From Oscillospiraceae bacterium (GTDB lineage Bacteria > Bacillota > Clostridia > Oscillospirales > UBA929), in NCBI GenBank assembly GCA_031282535.1, contig JAITDM010000246.1, forward strand, positions 1 to 28,321: a stretch of DNA of 28,321 nucleotides. The letters run 5' to 3'. Below are positions 1 to 10,400 of this stretch, in pieces. The position numbers were made by a program, and so were the translations under genes. The notes below the pieces were generated by a model. That model did not search any database. It was not told where the DNA came from and saw nothing but the letters and a program-made list of their open reading frames with translations. Positions within the stretch are counted from its first letter, which is position 1; every line of letters begins with the position of its first letter.

Positions 1-465
1 CCCTCGCCGGATGGTAGGCAAATACCCCGCCGTGGGGACCTGCTGCTGTCCGGTGCTCTTGTCTTGCTGCCAGCGCGCCCGCAGCGCGCGCGTGTCGACG
101 TGAGTGAAGGTGTCATACAAACCGACACCACCGGCGATATGCAGCGCCGCCAGCGCGATTTCGGCCTGCTCACAGACGGCGGCCGGAGATACCCCAGCGA
201 TTGCGATATCTGCGGCACGCCCCTCCATGTGCTGGCTCTTCGCCGCGCCGCCGATCTTGCTGTTGTAACTCGGCGTCCTGTACCCGCTGTTGACGGTGAC
301 AGCTTTGCCGCCGCACCCCGCCCGGATCTTCTCCAGCACGTCAATCAGCTGTTCGCCGATCAACACAGTATCGGACCCATCGTGACACGCGAACTCACGC
401 ACCTTGAAATGCGCGCTCAGATTCTTGCCGCCGTCCGCGGCGTTGCTGTAAGCCTTTACGCCCAA
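1..465 (-). CDS. Peptidase M15-family (Zn D-Ala-D-Ala carboxypeptidase fold) lysin, possible independent product from an internal TTG start; 3' truncated
   Basis: GGAGG (478-474) lies 8 nt before an in-frame TTG (465): MGVKAYSNAADGGKNLSAHFKVREF. Motifs SGYR, SQH, AADI and THVD are present. Confidence 0.6.
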   Translation of the reverse strand, partial: MGVKAYSNAADGGKNLSAHFKVREFACHDGSDTVLIGEQLIDVLEKIRAGCGGKAVTVNSGYRTPSYNSKIGGAAKSQHMEGRAADIAIAGVSPAAVCEQAEIALAALHIAGGVGLYDTFTHVDTRALRARWQQDKSTGQQQVPTAGYLPTIRRG

Positions 466-1078
466 AAGTGACCCCTCCGTCAACCACAGCCCCAGGAAGC
501 TGTCGAGCTTCCGGGCCGTGTATAAAATAGGCTTGTCCGGGCCGATGTAGCCCGAACTCCCCCCGCCGTCAAGGTTGACGGCATAGACGCACTGCTGGCC
601 GAGCATGCGTTCCGCCAGTTGTTGCCCCGTCAGGCCCTCATTGTCCTGCGTGACCAGCACAACAACGGTCCCGTCGATCTGCGTGCCCACCGCGGTCCGG
701 CCGCGCTTGGCGGTCAACACCGCCGCGTCGTTGGTGTCGATCTTGATCTTGCCACCCAGGACCAAGGTGCAGTAGGCCCCCCACGAACCCGTCATAGTTG
801 GGCACGTCGCCGGTCGCGGGCAGATACTCAATCGACACCTTCCGGCCATTCGGGCCGCCCGTGGCGACGCCCCACACGTCGCGCCCTGTCCGGAGCCACT
901 TGCCGCCGATCTTCAGCGCACAAGCGGTTTCGCCGGAGGCCATGTTGAACAACCCGGCGTTGATCAGCACATCAGCACCCACGCGCCCGCGCGCGTCAGA
1001 GATCAGCTCTGCCGGCTGTACCCCCAGCACCGGCGCCGCCTCGCGCAGCTCCCATTGTTTGAACGCTCTAACAATCAT
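1..1078 (-). pseudogene. Endolysin (phosphodiester glycosidase/NAGPA-like domain + Peptidase M15 + start of probable PG-binding domain), interrupted by a +1 frameshift; truncated by window edge
   Basis: ATG at 1078 overlaps the upstream TGA, with GGAGG nearby. The first frame gives ADVLINAGLFNM...PNYDGFVG and then degenerates after the G6 run (777-782). The frame starting at 774 is open to position 1: YCTLVLGG...KRGRTAVG...AVNLDGGGSS...FKVREFACHDGSD...VNSGYRTPSYNSKIGGAAKSQHMEGRAADI...GGVGLYDTFTHVDTR...YLPTIRRG. Confidence 0.85.
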
Positions 1079-1410
1079 ACCTTTGCCCCCTCCGCCTGAT
1101 ACGAGACGCCGCGATGGGCGCGGTCCTCGGCCATTTGATCCAGCGTGTCCAGCGCCTGCCGGACTTCGCCGTTTGCCCCCTCGCTGACGAGGTGGCGCAG
1201 GATGATTTTCTCGCCCTTGTACAGGCGATGAAGCTCATCCTTTGCGTCGTCAAGATCCCTCTGCTGGTTCTCCAACCAGCGCCGCACGCTGTAGAGCTCG
1301 GCGTGGACGATGCCCTCCACGCTCTTCTTCATGCGCGCGGTCAGGGTCAGCATGGCGACAATCGCGCCCGCCACGCTGCCCAAGGTGATGATGGTGCTCA
1401 GGTCGATCAT
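1075..1410 (-). CDS. Putative holin-like membrane protein (111 aa)
   Basis: One N-terminal hydrophobic helix (IITLGSVAGAIVAMLTL), RBS GAGGGGGG, and position immediately upstream of the lysin with an ATGA overlap. Confidence 0.55.
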   Translation of the reverse strand: MIDLSTIITLGSVAGAIVAMLTLTARMKKSVEGIVHAELYSVRRWLENQQRDLDDAKDELHRLYKGEKIILRHLVSEGANGEVRQALDTLDQMAEDRAHRGVSYQAEGAKV

Positions 1411-1425
1411 GTAGATCTACCCCCC

Positions 1426-4400
1426 TCAATACGGATTGTTCGGACTATCTTTGTAAGACGTACCGAAAAGGTACGCCTTTTCAGCGTCCGTCAGCCACGA
1501 CATGCCATTCAGCGCGTCGATGACTTTGGCCTGCTTGCTGCCCGGAATGCTCTCACCGTCGGCGTTCTTGTCGGCCGTGGCCATGTCGTAGGCCAGGTCG
1601 TAGAGTATGTACTCCGCTGGAGAAATCCCCACCGGCCGCCCCGCCTCGATCTTTTCTACGAAAGCATACTGCCCCTTGAACTCATAGTCCGGGTTCGCCT
1701 TGTCCATCGCCTTGGCGTAGGCGTAATCCGACGCCATCTCCAGCGCCTTGTCCTTCTGCTGCGCCGGCAGCTTTTTGAACGCGGCGCGCCCCTGCAGGTC
1801 CTTCGTCACACCGCTCTCGGCCTTGTCCGACGCCGCGCCGAAGTCGCCCGACTTCTTGATGCGCGCCCGGAGTCCGGACTCGATCTTGCTGTCTTCGAGG
1901 CCGTCCCGGATGAGGTTCCGGCGGATCTGCTCATACTGCCACTTGTCGGTCTGCCAAGCGGCGTACAGGGTGTCGTAGTACCGCCCCGGTGCGGCCGTGG
2001 GCGGGTAGAGCAGTTTCTCATACTCGTACATACCCACCCAGTTGTCGGAGGCCGCCAGGCCGGTGCTCACGCCACTCATGACGTCGCGCTTGATGTTTGC
2101 CACCGGCAGGCCCAGTACCCCGGACGCCTGCGCCAGGAAGTCCGCCAGCCACGCGCCGAAGGTCATTTTGCCGCTGCCGCCAATCACGCCGATGCCGCGG
2201 CTGCCGGTCTGCACAAGCCTCGCAATGGCCGACATGTCCATGCGCTCGATGTCGTACCCCTGGAAGATCGAAAAGAGATCGTTGAAATACGGCAGCTTCG
2301 CCACCACATTGAGCTCCGAGCCGAGGTTGCCGAACAGCGCGGCGCCCAGATAGTCCATCGCGCCCTGCTCGTCCCCGGAGAAGCCCGTGAACGAGGCCAG
2401 CCACTTCTCCCAGTACGCGCGCTTCTTATCGTCGTCCCGCGCCGCGTCCGACAGCGCGCGCGCCGCCGCGTTGGCGACGCCCGCCAGCACAAGCCCCACA
2501 ATCGTCCGCGCCATCTGCCGCTTCGCCCCCGGCGCGCCTATGACAAGATCGTCGTGCGCGCGCGCCAGCATGCTGTAGGCTGTGATCGGCTCGGACATGA
2601 AGCTCGTCGCCATGCGCACTAGGCTGTTTGTGCTCCGACGCATCTGGTCGCGCTGGAGCAGAGAGTCGACCACCTGCGTGCGGTCAATGATCTCGTTGAA
2701 CCGCTCCGCCACGGCTTCATAAAAGGCTTCGCTGCGCCGCGTGAGGTCGCGCCGCTTGTGCCGGATCTCAGCCTCCGCGGCCCGCCACAGCGCGCTCCAC
2801 GTGATGCTATCGGCTTTCGCCGCCGGCGCCATCGCCGCCTCTTTCAGCTTGTCGAGATTGCTGTCGGTGCTCAGCAGCACGTCCCGGACGCTGCGCCCGG
2901 CGTCTCTGTCGAAGTAGCCCCAGTCCTTCCAGGTGGCAATCGGCGCATATTTCTTGATCAGATCCCACGTCCCCTTGCGGCGCCCAGGCCGCAGCGCGGC
3001 CAGCAAATACCGGTTGTCAATCACCGCGCCGGCCCGGAAGAACGCCGTGGGCTGTTGCAGGATCACGCGAACGTTCGCCCCCACGGCCGCCGCCTTGTAG
3101 TTGGACGTGAGCTTGCCGAGGCTCGTGGCGTCGCGCTCGCCGCCAGTCCCCTGATCGATGTCTTTGATCAGCAGGTCGAGATATGCCTTCCCGCGGTCGC
3201 CGAACACGCGCCCCAAGTCCTCCCGGACGCTCCCGACCACTTGGCCCTCCTCGTCCCTATACAGATAGTTATAAACGCGTTGCGTGTCTTCAATCGTGGT
3301 CAACCACGCCGAATACCACGCCATTTGCGCGGTGTGCTGCGCAAAAACCGAAAAAGCGTCTTCGAGGACAATGGCGTTCTTCGCCTTCGGAACCGTCTCT
3401 TTCGTAAAGCCCATGTTCTTCGTCGCGACCGCCTGCAACTTTCCAGTTTCGCCCGGCACGCCGCCGCGCCGGCGGTTCGGGTCGGTGTTAATGGGCCAGT
3501 AGTTCTCCTCCGTGAACTTCTCGTAACCGTAGGCGTCCATGGATGCCTTGTTGCCCCACGACGCCAGCGTGGTGGAGGCGTATTTGCCCATGTGGTCCGC
3601 CAGAATCTTTTGTTCGGCGGTCAAGCTGTTCACGATCCGCGTCACGTCTTCTTCCGTCACGTGGACGGGTTCGGTAGCGCGGGTCACGTTGCCGTCCTTG
3701 CCGAGAATCGGCGCGGGCCGAATGCCGTCGCCCAGAACATGGCCTTGGGCCTGCGGGCGCTTCATGAGCAGGTACAGATCCATGATCTGCCCCGTCGTCA
3801 GCTGGAGCGTCTTGCCGCCGACTTCGAATGTCTTCGGCGCCGCCTCCATGATCTTCCTGACATTCACGCCCTTGAATGCCTCCGCGTTCGCCTGCTGGGC
3901 CTCGCTGAGCAGGCGGATATTCTGGTCTTCCGCGCGGCGCATGGCCAGGAACATCGCGTCCCCGCCATCGCCAAGCCGGTGCATGAAGTCCACCGGCCTA
4001 AGTGACTGGAACATGAGGTCCTGCGTCAGCTTCACAGGGTACTTCCAGCCCCCATGCTCCTGCTTCGTCTTCCGCGCTTCCAGCGCGCCGCGGATCTCGT
4101 TCGCGGCCTCCGCCACGCTCTCGTAGCGCGACATCGCCAGCAGCTTGTTCGCATTTGAGACAGACGCCTCAATCGCCTTCAACGCCTGCCAGACCGTCGT
4201 CAGCTGCTGAGAGTTCATTTCCGCAATCCGGACGTCGCCCATGGCAATCACGGCCTCGATGTTTTCCATCAGGTCGGGGTCGATCACGAGCGTGTCCGGC
4301 GCCTCGGACGCGATCTTGCGGTACTGTTGTCGCACGGCGTTGAATGCCTCCGTGCGCTGGGTGTTGAGTGGCCGCAGCTTGGTCTTCCTGCCGAGCTGTT

Positions 4401-7400
4401 TCGCGCCCACAGACTTGGGGAGATTTGTCCGTCTGGGGGCCGCGCTTTCGAGGTTTATGGCGCCCATCAGTGTGGCCACCGCCGTCCGAAGCTCCTGCGG
4501 GATGTGCTTCTTGTCCGAGGGCTTTAGCAGTTTCTGCGACAGTGCCGAGGCGTGCCGCATGATCTGCCCGCGCAGACGCTGCGCCGTTCGCGCTTCTCGG
4601 TCGGCGGCCTTCTCTGCCGTATACTTCTTCTTGAGCCGGTCCACGGCGTCAATGCGCCGCTGCCGCTCCTGTTTCATGGCGCTCTGGAACTTCTCCTTCG
4701 CCGCCTGCCGGATCTCCTTGATCCGGGCATTTTTCTCGGCACGCACCCGCGCCGTGCGCGCGTTGGCCGCATCGGTCTTCTGCCGCTCTCTTTGCACCGC
4801 GCTGGCCCGCGACTGCTCGGCTTTGTCCAGCGCCGTGGCGGCGCGGTCACGCTCTTTCAGCACGGCGCTGGCCCGCGACTGCTCCGCCCGGTCCAGCGCC
4901 GCAGCCGCGCGGTCACGCTCCCTCAACACCGCAGAAGCCCGCGACTGCTCCGCCTTGTCCATGGCCGTGGCGGGCAGCTGACGCACCTCGTCGCCGATCA
5001 GCCGGTCAATGATCTCGTTGCTGACGAACCCCACCGTCTCGCGCATCGCGCCGCGGTACGGATTTTCCCGCACGGGCCGCAGCGTCCCGGCCAGCTCGGC
5101 CAGATATTGCAACTGGTCCGACTCTGCCGTGATGCTGCTGGGGAAGTACGCCTCCCCAAACATGCCGCGCAGGTCTTCAAAGGCCGAATCAATGCTCTGG
5201 CCGTCGCGCGCCAGCACGAACCGGCCGAAGTTGGCCTTGCGGAAATCTTTATAGTCCGGAATGTCGGCCTGCAACTCCGTCGGGACTTTGATCCGGAGTT
5301 TCCGGATCCATTTCCGCATCTCGTCACGGAATTCCTGCCCAGACGGGTCTTGCAGCGCTGACGCGTTTTCCACGATGGTCGACGCGATGGCGTCCGCGCG
5401 CTCGCGGATCTCGGTCCAACTGCCGTCGTTCGCGATGAGCTCGCCCAACGTCTTCAAGTCCGCCGACAGCTCGTCCGTGGCGGCGGTGCTCTCGTACTCT
5501 TTCCGCAACGAATTTGCCAGCTTCCTCACGTCCGCCGGCCGGAGCTCCGCGCGCTCGGTGAGCTTCGACTCGCGCTTCCAGTATTCAACCTTCTCCGCCA
5601 GCAACTCGTTCTCCTCGCGCAGCGCCCACACTTCGGGCCGCTCTTCACGGGAGAACTGCGCTCCCTCCACGGAGTTTATGGCGTCCAGTCGATCCGCCTC
5701 AAAGTTATGCGCGTACATGATCAAGGGAATGCCAGCAGCCTCAAGGTCCGCTTCCAACTTGCGGTCGATGTTGTCGGGGATAACCGCCGCAAGCACCTCT
5801 GAGAACGGAACGGCCCGCGCCGGTTTCGCCTCGAAGTAGTCCCGCGGAGTCTCCGCGATTTCGCGCGCCAGTGTGGCGATTTCCTCCGCGGTCTCCGTCG
5901 TCACGGTGAACATGTCGGGCCACTTCTTCAAATACCTGTAGATACCGGCCACACTCTTCGACTTTTGGACAGCCTCCGCCATGGCCTCGGCGGCATCGGA
6001 TATCGTTCTAAAATCATTCGGATCCGGACGGTTGGAGACGAGCTTGCGCGCAAGTTCATCGATCCGGTTGCCGAATTCATCCCTGATATTCGACATACCA
6101 TACTCGGAGAGCCTCTGCAGGCGCGCCCTGTCAGCGCGGGCGTCCTCAATGCTTTTGTATGTCTTGGCCGCCGCTCCAGCGAACGAAGCTACATCGCCCC
6201 ATCCGCCCGTTCCGGCCGGCCTCTCGCGGGCCATCATGGCCACGGCGTTGTCTATCGTATAGTCGTTGTAAAGCTGCTCGAAGGATCGCCGGCGCCCGGA
6301 CGGCGTGTAAGGATCATTCTTGTTCCGAAGGCCGCGCTTTAACACAAGGCCGTCGGCTTTTTCCGCCAACCACGCCTCGTATGCTTCCTGTTCGATCTTT
6401 GATTTTATGTCGGCCTGCGTGGCATAGTGGTCATATTTCCCATCTTCGCGCAAAACCGGATCAAAGTCAGGGATCGTGTCCGCAGCGTACAAAAGGCGCA
6501 TGTCGTTGTGGTCGCGGTACGCCTTGATAAAATCGCCGCCATGCCACTCCAGTCTGTCGGTAATGTTGGTGTCGTAGAGAAAAGTCCAGGTTTCGCTGGG
6601 AAGACCGTGTTCCTTCGCGACGTCTCGCCCCCAGCGGTAGAGCGCTTGCGTTTTCTTTTCGTCCAGTTTGTATCCGACCTCGGGAAATATGGGCGTGTAT
6701 GCGTCGCCCCCATAGAGCCTGTTGCGCTTGTCCGCAGAAGGGTCAACAGTGTTGCGCCCGAAGATCAACGAGATCGGCCCGAAGTTCGGCTGGCCCAGCT
6801 CGGCCCGCGTCACAGCGATGGAGGGCATGGCGAGGCCGCCCAGTTCCAGGGCGTCCCTCAGATTCGTGGGGGTCAGGTTGTGCACGGCGATGAGGTCCCG
6901 CGTCGACTCCACAGGCTCTTCAAGGGAAAATTGCTCTTTTTCTGTAAAGTCCTTGACAGATGATTCTTCTTGTGGTACTCTGGACTTAGAACGAACATCG
7001 GCGGCTTTGCCGCTAACCCCCGACTGTATTTCGGGGGGGTGTTCGTTCGTTTTTTGTTTTTCTGCAGAAAAGCTGTACACAAAGTGTCCGTCCGTACGTT
7101 CTTTCACGTTGACCGTCACGCGGTATGGGGTTGTGTTATCTCCCTCATATTCCCGAAACAGGATGTCGTTGATGAAATAGTGCCACTGCCGAACGCCCCT
7201 GTGTGTCGCTGAGGTCTTCCCCTCTTCCCCCTTTGAGTAATTGTAAACAGACTCGCTCGCGATCTGATAATAATCATCTGCCAGATCAAGCGTTACGCGC
7301 TGATCAGAGTAAGACCCGTGCCGGTTTCCAATCATCAATTTTGTCGCGTCGCTCGCAACCTTTGGATCATAGGCAGGATCGAACTGCGCGTAGATCACGC

Positions 7401-10400
7401 GGTCCGCTCCGTTTTCGTGGAGCACAAGGCGGATCGGCTTTTGGGACCAAACATCTTGGATGTATTGCAGGATTTTCTCGGATTTTGCCAATTTTGGAGT
7501 GCCTTTGGGGAAGTTGCTTCGGTATATGCCGCGCCCAGTCTCTGGATCGCGCCCCTCATAGGAGAACTGCTCCGCCGCGCCCCTCTCCACCTGCGCCGCG
7601 CGCTCGCGCGCGACCTCCGAAAACTGCAACGTGGGGATATTCACCTCGATCCCGGCGTACGCGTCCGCCAGAATCTCTTCCAGAATTTCATCGTCGGACT
7701 TGTTGAAAAGCCCATATTCGTCCATATACACGCCAATAAGCGCGTTCAAATCCTCGTTTGAGAACTTGGTGAGAAGCATCTTCCGAGTCTCTTGAACGAG
7801 GTTTTTGTCTGTCCGGGCCAAAAGATGGTACTCTTCATGGGCCGCTATCTGTTCCACCGTCAGGAACGGATGGTCGGCCTTGATCCACATGCGCTTGCCG
7901 TCGGCAGACACCGCGCCGCGCGCCGTGCCCACCACGCCGTTCTCGCGAATCTCCATGTCGCCGGTGAAGTAAATCACCTGCACGCCCAGCTTCGCCATCT
8001 TGCGGCTCACTGCGCGCTCGGTATCGCTCCAGAGCTTCGCTGGCGTGATGTACATGCCCTTGCGCGTCGTGCCTGCGCTTATGCCCTGCGCGGCGGTGCT
8101 CTCGGCTACAACGCCAGCAGCTTTGACCGCACGGCGGAGATCCTCCGCTCGCGCTCTTTGGGCTCCATTCTCAGGCCCTGTTCTTTGGCCTGTTGATACT
8201 TCGGAAGCTGGTCCACCGGCAGCCACACCAGATTTCCGTGCTTGCCGTCCAGCGCCACCCGCATTTGCTTCTTCGCCGCCATTTGTCTCGCTCCCTTCAA
8301 TGCTGTTTGCATCGTCCCATCCGGCCTCGTAGGCCGACAGGGCTTGTTCCTCCGTGATCATGTCGTCCGTGCCCGGCGCGTACGTGGCGCGCGCCAAGCC
8401 GGCCTCGTAGTACCGCGTCATCTCATCTATGTACGTGCCGGCATCCTGCGCCGGATCATACTGCTCGTACAGCGCCACAGCGCCGCGCGAGTCCTCGCCC
8501 AGCGCCCGCGCCGCCTCGAACACCGCCGCTTTGCCCGTGGGCGCCGGCACGCTCTCGTCACGCTCCGTCACGCGGACGTCACGCGTGACATCCGCATCAG
8601 CCGCGCCAGCTTCCCGCGCCGCCTCGATCTGTGGCGGCGTCAGCACCGAATCCGCCGGCGCCTCGCGGCCATTGCGCGCCGCCTCGTACTGCTGCACAAA
8701 CGCCGGATAATAGTCCGCCGCCGCCACGTCCGGATTATACATCCGCTGCAGCGTGCGGCCGCCCACCGGCCCCAGCGTGTCGGCCATGTCCGCCATCGCC
8801 TGCGTGTCGCTGGCCGCCAGATCCGGCGTGCGCAGGTCTGCAACCGACAAGGAATCCTTGACGGTTGGGACGGCGCGCGCCATCCCCGCCTCCCCTACGA
8901 GGGGAGGTGACGCCGCAGCGGCGGAGGGGTTCGCCAACCCCTGCACCGACGCGCGCACCTGTGAAATCGGCGCGTCAGTGTTGATCTCCTGCCCGGTGTA
9001 CCGCGACAGAACCGCCAGCGCCTCTGGGGACCGCGCCAGCTCCGCCGCCTTGTTGCCGGACGGCGTTTCCCCGCGCAGGATTGTGGCGATGGTCTGCGCC
9101 TGCCTGCGCGCCTCGTAGACCGGCATCCCGGCCTCTGTAAGCTGCGCGACAATCGAAGACTGCTCAGGGGCCACCGGCGCCGGCTCAACCTGTGCCGGAC
9201 CAGCCTGCGCCTCCTGCTGAGGCGCCGCATACAGGAACGACAGGTCCCCGCCGGACTCTTTATACATCTGCGCCAGGCGCCCGATCTGGGCGTCCGTCGG
9301 CTCTGCATTTTGCAGGCTGTTTGCAAAATTGTACACAACGGTGCTCTGGTCAAAGCTCAACGCGCGACTCATGAGCGCCTCATATTTACCGGATTCCCGG
9401 ATCCCCACGCCGACCCTAGGCGCGCTCGCCTCTGTGTGAATCGCGCCGGGCAGCTCCAGCATTCCGGCCGTGACCGCGCCCAGAATGCCAGCGTAGAGTG
9501 CCTCGTCGGTGAAGATCTTGAATTCGTTGTTCTCGCCGAGCACGAGATTGCGCCACACAGGATCAAGAATTTCCTGCATGTACTCTTCCGAGAACTCCCC
9601 GGCGCCTTTCACGCCCAGCGTGAGCGCCGTGCGAAGAATCGCGTTGTCAATCTTGGCGATCGTGTTCTTCGCAATATTGCCCGTGAGCATTCCGCCCACC
9701 TTGCCGATGCCGCCGAGCAGGTAGGACAATCCGGCCTCCGACGCGCCCACCAGTACGCCGTACATCCGAGCCTGCTCCGGACTATATCCCTCCCGCAGCT
9801 GCTCGCCATACGCGCCGCCGTACGCCTGCACGCCCATCAAGCCCGCGCCGACGCCGGGCCCATACAGCGCGCCCGCCGCGATGGAAGGGGCCATGTTCGC
9901 CACGGTGCTCGTGATGTCGAAGACCGTGCCCATGGCGCCGTCGATGTTTTCCCGCGTGGCGGACTGCATGGCTGCGGCGCGGCTCAAGGGAAGCTGCTCG
10001 CCGGTGAGTGCCTGACGAAGGTTCGCTCCGGCGGTCCCGAGGCCGCCCTCCACGGCCACAGAAAGTTGCTTGAGCGCGCTGTCGCCCGCCCATTCGGCCT
10101 TTTTTTCGCCGCTGCGCATCGCAAATTGATCCCGCAGAATGTCGAGATACTTCTCGGCCTCTTCCTGGCCCTTTGTCTGGTACACGTAGTTGTACATCTG
10201 CCGCTCTTCCGGCGTGATGTAGTCCTGCGCTAAGGTCTTCCGTTCGAGTCCGCCCTGGATGTCGCTGGTGTAGTCCCAGACATTCGGCCGAGGTAACTCC
10301 GCCTCCGGCGCGTCGGCGAAACCCGGCGCGCTCCTGTAGGGTTCATACCGCAACGGCGCCTGCACGGCCTCCGCCTTCCTAATCTGGGACTGCTGCTCCC

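Noticed and set aside
638-774. C-terminal LLHLGPGWQDQ... tail of the 146-aa ORF
   Set aside because: Out-of-frame read-through after the G6 frameshift; the meaningful sequence is in the other frame.
3014-3020. Other TTGACA hexamers in the giant gene (near 3015 and 9645, minus strand)
   Set aside because: No -10 element at the proper spacing.
1114-5839. Long + strand ORFs (1114-2622, 2758-4005, 4552-5361 and others)
   Set aside because: Antisense shadows of a GC-rich coding gene, with no RBS or promoter and Arg/Leu-rich non-protein-like composition. The same applies to the + strand ORFs over the other structural genes.
6988-7055. Calling the structured RNA a tRNA gene
   Set aside because: It lacks a T-arm and CCA end, has a 3-nt D-like loop, and has U rather than a purine at position 37.
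6873-7082. 69-aa minus-strand alternative-frame ORF over the sRNA
   Set aside because: No SD, and composition is dictated by the RNA structure and A-tracts.
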